A stretch of 64,000 nucleotides of DNA from Nitrospirota bacterium (GTDB lineage: Bacteria > Nitrospirota > UBA9217). The position numbers were made by a program, and so were the translations under genes. Where the stretch lies: the NCBI GenBank assembly GCA_963737155.1, contig CAVTRN010000002.1, positions 2,368,001 to 2,432,000 on the forward strand, read 5' to 3'. Shown here piece by piece: positions 1 to 8,910 of the stretch. The notes beneath the pieces were generated by a model, which had not been told where the DNA came from, made no database searches, and saw nothing but the letters and a program-made list of their open reading frames with translations. Each line of letters opens with the position of its first letter. Position 1 is the first letter of the stretch.

Positions 1-585
1 AAGAATTGATATCTGCTCCGTCGTCAACTCGCGAGACATGAAATCGGAGACAATGTTCAACTGTGCTCCCTGCGCTATGAGGTAAGCCACCGCCTGGGCA
101 TCCCGCTCTGTCGTTGAAACGAAAGTCAGCGAACCCGTTTCTTCATATATGCCGAGAGCCAGAACCGTTGCCTCGAGCGGGCTGATCTTAATTTCCTTTT
201 CACGAAGCAGCTCAACCATAATGGTCGTTGTCGCGCCTACCTCTGCAATTACCTCTTTCTCGCCATGTATGTCGCTGTCCTGAGAGGGATGATGATCGTA
301 AATATGGACGGAAATGCCAGGTCTCGTCAGCGCTTCCGCTAGTTTACCGATCCGCGTTGAATTCCGGTTGTCGACAATGATGAGCTTGGTGATGCTCTCC
401 ACATCGATCTTTTTCAACCGCTCGGCCTCCAAAGTGTAAAACATGGATTCGAGAAAAAAATCTCGCATGCTTTTTTCCAGCGAGCCGGGGAATACCAGTT
501 TCGCATCCGGATAGAGCTTCTTGGCCGCCACCATCGAGGCAAGTGCGTCGAAATCAGCATTCGTATGACTGGTAATAATTTCCAT
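1..585 (-). CDS. DHH-domain protein, probably the N-terminus of a DHH/CBS/tRNA nucleotidyltransferase (runs off the window edge)
   Basis: Manual translation from ATG at 585 gives MEIITSHTNADFDALASMVAAKKLYP...IIVDN...IYDHHP...EVGATTT, i.e. DHH phosphoesterase motifs. This N-terminus is typical of CBS-polyA polymerase family proteins. Not in the ORF track. Confidence 0.8.
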   Translation of the reverse strand, partial: MEIITSHTNADFDALASMVAAKKLYPDAKLVFPGSLEKSMRDFFLESMFYTLEAERLKKIDVESITKLIIVDNRNSTRIGKLAEALTRPGISVHIYDHHPSQDSDIHGEKEVIAEVGATTTIMVELLREKEIKISPLEATVLALGIYEETGSLTFVSTTERDAQAVAYLIAQGAQLNIVSDFMSRELTTEQISIL

Positions 586-705
586 AGCGTTTCCACTCAG
601 AAAAAGTTTGACGAACCTTAAAAGGAAAGTTACCGGCGAGTTCCAAAATATCTCTGTGGATTCAATTCATCAGCTCCACAGCCTAAATGAGTTATATAGA
701 TATCC

Positions 706-1587
706 TCACCCTCTCGGGTGATACTTCTCGTGAATTTTTTTTAACCTCTCCCTAGACACGTGCGTGTAAATCTGGGTCGTGGAAATGTCCGAGTGACCGA
801 GCATGGCTTGAACCGCGCGAAGATCGGCTCCGTTGTCAAGAAGATGGGTTGCGAAAGAGTGGCGCAGCGTGTGAGGCGAAACTGTTCTGGCGATTCCCGC
901 CTTGAATGCATAATATTTTATCCGTTCCCAGAACATCTGTCGAGTGATGGCCCTGTGCCTAGAACTGATGAACAGATAATCCGACTCTACATCACCAAGC
1001 AGGGAACGCCGTGTGTCAGCGAGATACTCCTTCAGTGCTGCGACGGCCGATTCCCCAAGCGGGACAACACGCTCTTTTGATCCTTTGCCCATGACAATAA
1101 GAAATCCCCGTTCCAGATTGATATCCTGATGTTTCAGACCCACCAGTTCGCTGACGCGCAGACCCGTGGCATATAAAAGCTCGAGCATTGCCTTGTCCCT
1201 CATCCCGATCGCAGTTTTCCGATCAGGCTGGTTGAGAAGTGAATCCACGTCAACAGTCGAGAGTGCTTTCGGTAGACGTTTCCATCCCCGGGGTGTCTCC
1301 ACATTTATCGTAGGGTCAATTGTCGCGAGGCCATCTGTCAAAAGAAACTTATGGAATCCTCTAATCGCGGCCAGGTACCGTGCACGAGAGGGCGGTGCCA
1401 TGCCGGACTCCGCCATTAAAGAGAGGAAGGCCACAATTTCGGATTGAGTAATATCATCAGACCCTTTGGCCTCCATGTTGTCCAGGTACTTGCGCAAGTC
1501 CCGTTCGTAGGCGTCGATGGTATTCCGCGCAAGCCCCTTTTCCACAGCAAGATAATTGAGAAATTTCCGCAGCAGTCCGTCGTCCAT
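706..1587 (-). CDS. xerD: Site-specific tyrosine recombinase XerD
   Basis: ELLYATGLRVSEL, GKGSKER, SPHTLRHSFATHLL, LGHSDISTTQIYTH, C-terminal HPRG. Start moved to MDDGLL at 1587. Confidence 0.93.
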   Translation of the reverse strand: MDDGLLRKFLNYLAVEKGLARNTIDAYERDLRKYLDNMEAKGSDDITQSEIVAFLSLMAESGMAPPSRARYLAAIRGFHKFLLTDGLATIDPTINVETPRGWKRLPKALSTVDVDSLLNQPDRKTAIGMRDKAMLELLYATGLRVSELVGLKHQDINLERGFLIVMGKGSKERVVPLGESAVAALKEYLADTRRSLLGDVESDYLFISSRHRAITRQMFWERIKYYAFKAGIARTVSPHTLRHSFATHLLDNGADLRAVQAMLGHSDISTTQIYTHVSRERLKKIHEKYHPRG

Positions 1588-1888
1588 AGGTTCGTGAGCG
1601 TGTACTCGTCTCTCATTCGATTGTAAGTTATTATTAACGAAAAAGCAAGGAAACTGAGGGGAAAAGAGCATAAAAGAAGGTTCTTACAGGTTCTGAATCA
1701 GGCAGAATAAATATAAACTTACCACGGAATACGAAAAACGCGGGAACAAGTTCCGGTCTGGTTTTACTCCTCTTAAATAAATCTGGAATCCTTCGCGACT
1801 CATCAGTTCACAAATTTTTCTTGTCTAAGAAACAGGTTCCTGAAGATAGAGACTGCAGACAACTGCCCTGACCGAGCCTCATCCAACA

Positions 1889-3268
1889 TTACTTGACCCC
1901 GAACCTCTTCATTCTTCTCCTGAAAGCATCTCGCGGCATCCGCAACAGCTGGGCGGCCTTTGTCTGATTTCCGCTCGCCATATCCAACGCTTTTCTTACC
2001 AAGGCATTTTCCACATCCTCCATAGACAACCCCTCTTCGGGAATAACAAATCCCTCGAGCGAAAGCGGCACTCTGGGCTGTGCCGGATCGTTGTGCCCGC
2101 TGTCGATGATCTCTGGGGGTAGATGTTCAGGCATAATTTCGTTTTCCATTTCCAGAATCATTGCCCGCTCGATAACGTTCCTCAGTTCACGGACGTTGCC
2201 CGGCCACGAATAGCCGATCATAATCTGCTCTGCATCCTTCGAAATCCCGAGCACATTTTTGTGGCATTCCCTGTTGAAATGATCAATAAAGAATTGCGCA
2301 AGTAGGAGGATGTCATGGCCCCGCTCGCGGAGGGGCGGCAAGTTTATGGGCACAACCTGGAGACGGTAGAACAGATCCTTTCTAACCCCCCCCTCATTCA
2401 TAAGCTTTGCGAGTTCCTGGTTTGTGGCCGAAACGACACGCACGTCCACTTTGATATCCTTCACTCCCCCAATCCTCTTGAAGGTTTTTTCCTCAAGCAG
2501 GCGCAACAACTTTGCCTGCATGCTCGCGTGCATATCTCCTATCTCGTCAAGGAAAACGGTACCACCGTTGGCAAGTTCGAATAATCCTTTTTTAAATGAT
2601 TTCGCATCGGTAAAAGCCCCTTTTTCATATCCCATGAGCTCGCTCTCGAGTAGCGTTACCGGCAGGGCAGCGCAGTTGATCGCCATAAACGGCTCATCGG
2701 CACGGGCGCTGCTGTAGTGCAGGGCCTGGGCCACCAGTTCCTTGCCAGTTCCACTCTCGCCCTGAATCAGGACCGTTGTGGTATCGCTCTTCGCGATCTG
2801 GAGGATGAGGTTCTTGATTTTCACTATTTCTTCGCAATCGCCGATGATCGAATCGACCCTGCTCCGGCATTCCTGGCGAAGCTGTTTAACCTGGCTCCGA
2901 AGTGACCTCGCTTCCAGCGCCTTCTTAATCACGAAGCTGATCTCCTCAAGAATAAAAGGTTTGCTGATATAGTCGTAGGCGCCTAGTTTCATGGCTTTAA
3001 CAGCGGTTTCAACCATGCCATAGGCCGTTATCATAATGACCATCAGGCCCCGTTCGTGGACATTGATCTTCTCGAGAAGTTCCAGGCCGGTCATCTCCTT
3101 CAGGCGGTTGTCCAGCAGGATGATGTCAGGCTGATCCTCGGAAATCAGTTCGAACCCTTTTTCTGCTGATTCAGCGCTTGACACCTCGTAGCCTTCCTTG
3201 ACCAGATGCTGTTCAAGCGTCCAGCGGATCAGTTTTTCATCATCAACGACAAGAATTTTGTATGCCAT
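1889..3268 (-). CDS. Sigma54-dependent response regulator (NtrC/AtoC family)
   Basis: Receiver domain (VVDDE, LLD), GESGTGKE, GAFTDA, LDEIG, WPGNVREL, C-terminal Fis-type HTH. Confidence 0.95.
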   Translation of the reverse strand: MAYKILVVDDEKLIRWTLEQHLVKEGYEVSSAESAEKGFELISEDQPDIILLDNRLKEMTGLELLEKINVHERGLMVIMITAYGMVETAVKAMKLGAYDYISKPFILEEISFVIKKALEARSLRSQVKQLRQECRSRVDSIIGDCEEIVKIKNLILQIAKSDTTTVLIQGESGTGKELVAQALHYSSARADEPFMAINCAALPVTLLESELMGYEKGAFTDAKSFKKGLFELANGGTVFLDEIGDMHASMQAKLLRLLEEKTFKRIGGVKDIKVDVRVVSATNQELAKLMNEGGVRKDLFYRLQVVPINLPPLRERGHDILLLAQFFIDHFNRECHKNVLGISKDAEQIMIGYSWPGNVRELRNVIERAMILEMENEIMPEHLPPEIIDSGHNDPAQPRVPLSLEGFVIPEEGLSMEDVENALVRKALDMASGNQTKAAQLLRMPRDAFRRRMKRFGVK

Positions 3269-3451
3269 GAACAAATGCTCCTTTTAGTTGATGACAAATG
3301 AAACAGCGTTTGAAAAGAAGGGATATTTTGCCACTACTTCACAAAGGACTCCAAGCAAATCTTGGACTCGAATCCCTCTTTTACTTGTTCCAACCAGTCG
3401 CAATCTTCATGCTGCGTTGGTTTAGTAAATTGCAGTCTTGGTATGACCGTA

Positions 3452-4930
3452 TCAGGATTCACTGCTTTTGGGACACGGGAATACAATGGTAAAGCTCGCT
3501 CCTTTGCCGGGAGCACTCGTCACGGAAATCTCTCCGTCGTGCTGTTCGATAATCCGTTGTGTTATGGACAGCCCTAAACCTGTCCCCTGCGGACGAGTCG
3601 TAAAGAATGGGCTGAATATGCTGCGCAAGTGCTCGCTGGAAATTCCCTTTCCTGTATCACTGAACACAATCCCAACTGATCCGGATTTCTCACCGGCCGA
3701 TTTGTTCGATTTTGTTTCCACCATAAAAGTTCCTCCATCTGGCATTGCCTGTATGGCGTTCAAAGCAATATTAATGAGGGCCTGCTGGATCAAATCTGGA
3801 TCAAGCATCAGCCAGGGCAGTCCCGGCGCCAGCTTACGTTCAACGGAAATGGCGTTCTTCGCGAACTGCGGTGCGAGAAAATCGAGCAGTTTCCCAATGA
3901 GATTATTGATGTCCACGAGAGTCATTTTGGGATCAGGCGGCCTTGAAAAGGCGAGTAGATTTCTGACCGCCTTGTCCATGCGATCAACCTGGGAAAGCAC
4001 TTCACCGAGTACTGCTCTCTTCTGTTCGTCGATGGCCGGTTCCTTCCTGAGCACCTGAATCACGCCTGCGATGCCGGCTAACGGGTTCTTTATCTCGTGG
4101 GCTATTCCCGCAGCCATCTCGCCAATTGATGCAAGACGGTCGGCCCTTTTCATCTGCTCGTAATGATATCGCTCTACTCTGCGCCGGGCTCGCTCCAGTT
4201 TGGACAGGAGCGAGTTGAAGGCTTCACCCAGCCTCCCGATATCATCGGAACTCTTTACCACAACCCGTGCCTCGAGACCGCGCTCTGCGCGCTCCATAGT
4301 GGCAATCAGTTCCTGAATGGGTTTCGTGACGAGATGGGTCAGGAACAACGACAGCGACACCGCCAGAATCGCTGCAACACCCAAAGCCCAAAGAAACATG
4401 GTTTTGCTGAGTTCACGCACGTTCTCCTGTGTCTGCGTCATAGAGACATCAATGGCAAGTATGCCGTTTATTTTCGCTTTCGAGCCATGGCAGTGATAAC
4501 AGCGTTCCTCGTTATGAATCGGGATAAGAACCGAGAAAACGCCTTCATCCCGTCGTTTAATCGGTTTTTTGAACTGGTTTAAGAGAAACCACATTTCCGT
4601 AGCTGCATCGACTTTTCTGCCGATCGTCCAGATTTTCGACGACTTCAGAATTATCCCGTTCGAACTGAATATCTTCACTTCTTTGATGTTGTGATAATCT
4701 CCCACGGCGCTGAGGATATGCTCTACCTCATTGCTTTTTCCATCCATCATGGCGCCAGCGAGACTGCGTTCTATGGTATTCGAAATAATAAGTGCGTTAT
4801 CCGCAAGCGCTTCTTCCAAATGCGCCTGCTGATACCCGATGTTGATCCACGTTCCAAGACCTATCGTTACCGCAAGAATCGCGGAAACGGCTATGATAAT
4901 CTTGCTTTTGAGGCTGGAAATGATCCTCAA
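3452..4930 (-). CDS. Membrane sensor histidine kinase with periplasmic CxxCH heme-c motif and HAMP domain
   Basis: Two TM segments, periplasmic ERCYHCHG, HAMP, H-box AHEIKNPL, N/G1/F/G2 boxes. TTG start overlaps the pyrD stop. Confidence 0.92.
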   Translation of the reverse strand: MRIISSLKSKIIIAVSAILAVTIGLGTWINIGYQQAHLEEALADNALIISNTIERSLAGAMMDGKSNEVEHILSAVGDYHNIKEVKIFSSNGIILKSSKIWTIGRKVDAATEMWFLLNQFKKPIKRRDEGVFSVLIPIHNEERCYHCHGSKAKINGILAIDVSMTQTQENVRELSKTMFLWALGVAAILAVSLSLFLTHLVTKPIQELIATMERAERGLEARVVVKSSDDIGRLGEAFNSLLSKLERARRRVERYHYEQMKRADRLASIGEMAAGIAHEIKNPLAGIAGVIQVLRKEPAIDEQKRAVLGEVLSQVDRMDKAVRNLLAFSRPPDPKMTLVDINNLIGKLLDFLAPQFAKNAISVERKLAPGLPWLMLDPDLIQQALINIALNAIQAMPDGGTFMVETKSNKSAGEKSGSVGIVFSDTGKGISSEHLRSIFSPFFTTRPQGTGLGLSITQRIIEQHDGEISVTSAPGKGASFTIVFPCPKSSES

Positions 4931-5862
4931 CCGGTTTCCACCTTCCCAATGAGGGAACTAACCCGTCCATGTCCCTGTTCCGCCATGAATTTCTCAATGT
5001 CGGACAGCACATCCAGGGTCGCACGGGGGTTCATGAAATTAGCAGTTCCGACCGCAACTGCCGATGCTCCGGCTAATATGAATTCCATTGCATCTTCTCC
5101 CGATATGATACCGCCCATGCCGATGATCGGAAGCGGGACCGCCTTTGCCGCCTGCCAAACCATGCGCACGGCAACTGGCCGGATTGCTGGTCCCGAAAGC
5201 CCCCCCGTGCAGTTGGCGATGCGCGGCCGCCGACACCGCACATCGATCGCCATGCCGAGGAGCGTGTTAATGAGCGACAAACCATCGCATCCCGCATCAT
5301 AGGCTGCCCTGGCGAATTCTGTAATATCGGCAACGTTCGGCGAGAGCTTCGCGATAACCGGAAGCTTCACAGCTTTTCGCACGGCCGACAAGAGTTCGAA
5401 CGCCGCCTGGACGTTCGTGCCGAACACCATGCCTCCCGCCTTGACATTGGGGCAGGAGATGTTGACTTCCAGGCCGTCTACACCAGGGACACCGTCCAGC
5501 CTCTTCGCGACGCCGACGTAATCCTCAAGACTGTATCCGAATATGTTCACGATTACCGCAGTGTCGAATTTTCTAAGATAGGGCAGCTTGTCGCGCAGAA
5601 AAACATCGATACCGGGATTTTCGAGGCCGATTGCGTTTAACATACCTGATGGCGTTTCCCAAATACGGGGTGGTGGATTCCCCTTGATCGGGTTCATCGA
5701 TATACCCTTAACGATGATACCGCCTAGTTTGTTAAGATCCACGAACGCCGCATATTCCTCGCCGTACCCGAAGGTGCCCGACGCAGTGAGCACGGGGTTC
5801 TTGAGCCTAATTCCGGCGAAATTTATGGAGAGATCCGGCTTTATATTTAATTTAGCTGCCAT
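4927..5862 (-). CDS. pyrD: Dihydroorotate dehydrogenase (class 1B) catalytic subunit
   Basis: NPVLTASGTFG, NAIGLENPG, EVNISCPN, KLSPN, GGLSGPAIRP. The ORF-track extension to 5901 lies in an IS-derived end. Confidence 0.95.
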   Translation of the reverse strand: MAAKLNIKPDLSINFAGIRLKNPVLTASGTFGYGEEYAAFVDLNKLGGIIVKGISMNPIKGNPPPRIWETPSGMLNAIGLENPGIDVFLRDKLPYLRKFDTAVIVNIFGYSLEDYVGVAKRLDGVPGVDGLEVNISCPNVKAGGMVFGTNVQAAFELLSAVRKAVKLPVIAKLSPNVADITEFARAAYDAGCDGLSLINTLLGMAIDVRCRRPRIANCTGGLSGPAIRPVAVRMVWQAAKAVPLPIIGMGGIISGEDAMEFILAGASAVAVGTANFMNPRATLDVLSDIEKFMAEQGHGRVSSLIGKVETG

Positions 5863-6262
5863 ACTTACCCGGCCATACGCGGCCCCCCCGGTTTTAACCA
5901 TGGGGTTGAATTCGGGATCTTAACAACTGATACTGGACAAATAATATTTCTATTGTATTCGGCCTCAAGAACAAGCATGACGTCCAGTCCTATGCATTCA
6001 GCCATCATGTCAAATCTGTCGAATCATCAAGAAAATCCGCAGCAAAGACTGACGGTCCGTCCGCATTGTGCTGAAAGGACGACCCAAAATAAAGTAAATG
6101 CACAAAATAGGCACCGAATCTGCTGATATGCAATCGGTCCTTCTACTGCCGTCGCTGTGCCGAATTCTGATGCTCTGCTAATCCCTTTTTCCCCTGAGAT
6201 TAAGTGCTCTGCTCGTTGCCAGGGAGATTGCTGGTATTGCCGTTAGAACCACCTGTCTTTAG

Positions 6263-7570
6263 GATAATCCGCGCGGGAAACCCCACATTCTTTAGCGGTG
6301 GGATGAAAGCGAGCTGTGTTAAAAGTGCTAATTTTTGCCAAAACAACATATCTGTGACCTATTTTTCAGAAGTGAGAAAAACGTTCAAATTTAAGCTTTA
6401 CCAGTCGCGCAAGAATCGATACCTGCATCGGCAGATTGATCTGGCAGCGAGCATATACAACCACTGCATCGCATTGCACAAACGGTACTACCGCATGTTT
6501 GGCAGGCACCTGAACGTATTTGCCCTGAAAAAACACATCACTAAGATCAAGCACTTCGATAAATACATCCACTGGAACGCTCTCGGGTCTCAAACGATTC
6601 AAGACGTTGTTATCAGAATCGACAAGGCGTACCAGAACTTCTTTCGATCCCTCAAAACGAAGCGTCGGGGTAAAGTTTCCACTCCCGGCTTTAAAAAGCG
6701 TCGACGGTATAAGTCGTTTACGTTGACCCAGGCCGGATATAAGGTGCTCGAAGGCAACCGCATCCGAATTGGGGAAAAGATATTCAACTACCACAAGCCC
6801 AGAGAGATCGAAGGCATCATAAAGACGCTCACAATCAAACGCGACGCACTGGGGGAGATATATCTGTTCTTTTCGTGTGACAGGATACCAGAGACAGCAG
6901 TACAAAATCGAGTCATGACGGGTAAAAGCGCAGGCTGCGATTTTGGGCTGAAACGGTATCTTACACTCAGCAATGGCAATTCAGTCGAGTCTCCCCATTT
7001 TTTCAAGGGTGGCATCAAGAAGGTCAAACAAGCTAACAAAGCATTATCCCGCAAAAAGAAAGGCTCAGAAAACAGGAGCCGGGCACGAAAGGATTATGTC
7101 CGCGCACACCGTAAGATCGCCAACCAGCGACTGGATTTCAGCTTCAAGCTGGCCCGCGAGATGGCGATAAAGCATGACTACCTGTTTTTCGAGGACCTCA
7201 ATATTGCGGCCATGAAACAGCTTTGGGGCCGGAAAGTATCCGACCTTGGTTTTGCCGACCACCTGATAATTCAGGAACACATGTGCCGGAAGCTCGGATC
7301 GACGTTTGTAAAAATAGCCCGATACTACCCGTCTTCCAAACAGTGCCACAAATGCGGCTGCATCAACAAAAATCTGGAGCTTCGAGACCGCACTTGGATC
7401 TGTCCGACATGCGGCGTAAAGCACAATCGCGACGGCAACGCGTCAAAAGTGATTCACATGGTTGGGGCGTCCGACCATTGGGAGAGGAGCAATAAGACTG
7501 CTTGTGTCGTCAGCAGCAGCTCCGCCAGCATCCCAGAATCCCACATGCTTTAGCGGTGGGAGTACGTCAA
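6263..7570 (+). mobile_element. IS200/IS605-family (IS1341-type, tnpB-only) element
   Basis: Near-identical subterminal hairpins CCCACATTCTTTAGCGGTGGG (6282-6302) and TCCCACATGCTTTAGCGGTGGGA (7539-7561). The right hairpin is preceded by GAAT and the element ends in TCAA (7567-7570), as in the IS608 right end. Confidence 0.88.
6372..7553 (+). CDS. tnpB: RNA-guided endonuclease TnpB
   Basis: GTG start VRKTFKFKLY, RuvC residues GCDFG / FFEDL / NRDGNA, zinc ribbon CHKC...CPTC; catalytic triad intact. Confidence 0.93.
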   Translation: MRKTFKFKLYQSRKNRYLHRQIDLAASIYNHCIALHKRYYRMFGRHLNVFALKKHITKIKHFDKYIHWNALGSQTIQDVVIRIDKAYQNFFRSLKTKRRGKVSTPGFKKRRRYKSFTLTQAGYKVLEGNRIRIGEKIFNYHKPREIEGIIKTLTIKRDALGEIYLFFSCDRIPETAVQNRVMTGKSAGCDFGLKRYLTLSNGNSVESPHFFKGGIKKVKQANKALSRKKKGSENRSRARKDYVRAHRKIANQRLDFSFKLAREMAIKHDYLFFEDLNIAAMKQLWGRKVSDLGFADHLIIQEHMCRKLGSTFVKIARYYPSSKQCHKCGCINKNLELRDRTWICPTCGVKHNRDGNASKVIHMVGASDHWERSNKTACVVSSSSASIPESHML

Positions 7571-7613
7571 GCATTGGGAGTGGTTTGACAGTCATTCCCC
7601 TTCTTGCTCCTAT

Positions 7614-8435
7614 CTACTTTCTACTGCCTGTTAGCTTCACCGCCACCTGCTCGCTCCACTCGATGTCCTGCGAAGCAAACACGGGCCCGTCTTTGCATAC
7701 CCTTTTGTAGCCGCCTATTTTCATGGTAACAGAACAACCCATGCATGCCCCAACTCCACAGGCCATGCGTTCCTCCATGGAAACGAAGCAGGGCAGTGAA
7801 TGTATTGAGGCAATTCTGCTTACAGCGCTAAGCATAGCATGGGGACCACACGCGTACAGTACTAAATGAGTTTTCCGCTCCATCGTAGTCAGAAACGCAT
7901 TCAGGAGGTCCGTTGTCATCCCCTGTTTTCCCGCGCTTCCGTCCTCCGTGGCAAGATGCACTTTCACCGCCGTATCGCGGAAACTCTTCACAATCCCGGC
8001 AGGTGGCAGACAATCCTTGTTCCTTGCGCCAATAAAGAGATGAGCGCGGAACCCTGCTTTGACAGAAAGAAAATGAAGGGGAGGAAATCCGCTTCCGCCG
8101 GCAATGAGCACCGGAGTCACGCCTTTTTCCGGCAGCGGAAATCCGTTACCAATCGGTCCGAGCAAGTGCAGCGAATCCCCCACCCTCCTTTGCGTCAGCA
8201 GCGAGGTTCCCCTGCCAACAACGCGATAAATAAGCTCAAGGGACGATCGTGAAGGAAGAGAAGATATACCGAAGGGCCGTGCCAGGAGAGGGTCCATGTT
8301 CTCCGATACGCGGAGCATCACGAACTGGCCCGGCAGAGCGACCGCGGATATATCCGGAGCTCGCAGCACAAGGCGATAGTATCCCCTGCCCACGGATTTA
8401 TTGACAAGAATTGTTGCCTTGCTGAACCTACTCAA
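7614..8435 (-). CDS. pyrK: Dihydroorotate dehydrogenase electron transfer subunit
   Basis: PGQFVML, RPFGI, GPIGNGF, YACGP, EERMACGVGACMGC...VCKDGPVF (2Fe-2S). Probable TTG start at 8435. Confidence 0.93.
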   Translation of the reverse strand: MSRFSKATILVNKSVGRGYYRLVLRAPDISAVALPGQFVMLRVSENMDPLLARPFGISSLPSRSSLELIYRVVGRGTSLLTQRRVGDSLHLLGPIGNGFPLPEKGVTPVLIAGGSGFPPLHFLSVKAGFRAHLFIGARNKDCLPPAGIVKSFRDTAVKVHLATEDGSAGKQGMTTDLLNAFLTTMERKTHLVLYACGPHAMLSAVSRIASIHSLPCFVSMEERMACGVGACMGCSVTMKIGGYKRVCKDGPVFASQDIEWSEQVAVKLTGSRK

Positions 8436-8910
8436 AGGCAATCTGAATCTCCCGGATTTCGTACTCGACTGTTTTGGCCGGGGTCTTGATCGTAACGCTA
8501 TCACCGACCTTGTGGCCGATAAGCGCCTTGCCTACCGGTGACTGTACAGATATTTTGCCCTTTTTGAGATCGGCCTCTTCCTGACCCACCAGAGTGTACT
8601 TCCTTATGTCTCCGGAATCGGTGTCCGCAAGCGTGACCGTCGCTCCAAAAACGACCTTTTCGTTCGTAAGCTTCGAAATGTCGATGATTTGAGCGTTGGA
8701 AAGCTTATGCTCTAGTTCCCGCTTCTTGGCGTCAAGATGGCCCTGCCGCTCTTTGGCTGCATGGTATTCCGCGTTTTCCGATAAATCACCATGAGCCCGC
8801 GCTTCCTCGATATCTTTTATATTCTTGGACCGTTCAACCTTGATGATACGGTCAAGCTCCTGTTTTAGCTTGTCATAGCCCTCTTTGGTCATCGGAATCT
8901 TCTGCGTCAT
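8428..8910 (-). CDS. greA: Transcription elongation factor GreA
   Basis: [31 protein letters not shown]. Confidence 0.97.
   Translation of the reverse strand: MTQKIPMTKEGYDKLKQELDRIIKVERSKNIKDIEEARAHGDLSENAEYHAAKERQGHLDAKKRELEHKLSNAQIIDISKLTNEKVVFGATVTLADTDSGDIRKYTLVGQEEADLKKGKISVQSPVGKALIGHKVGDSVTIKTPAKTVEYEIREIQIAFE

Larger units (their letters stand above)
5869..7589 (+). mobile_element. Non-autonomous IS200/IS605-derived element, copy 1 (~400 bp), interrupted in its right-end hairpin by a TnpB element
   Basis: Follows TTAC (5865-5868). Left hairpin CCCCCGGTTTTAACCATGGGG...GAATTCGGGA...GATACTGGAC and right end GTTGCCA..GATTGCTGGTATTGCCGTTAGAACCACCTGTCTTTA are both shared with 14468-14847. 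Confidence 0.75.

Noticed and set aside
5863-5901. ORF-track N-terminal extensions of pyrD (also tnpB 6204-6371, tsaE 63829-63978, pyrR, mutS, xerD)
   Set aside because: The extensions read through IS ends, attenuators or promoters; the conserved domains start downstream.
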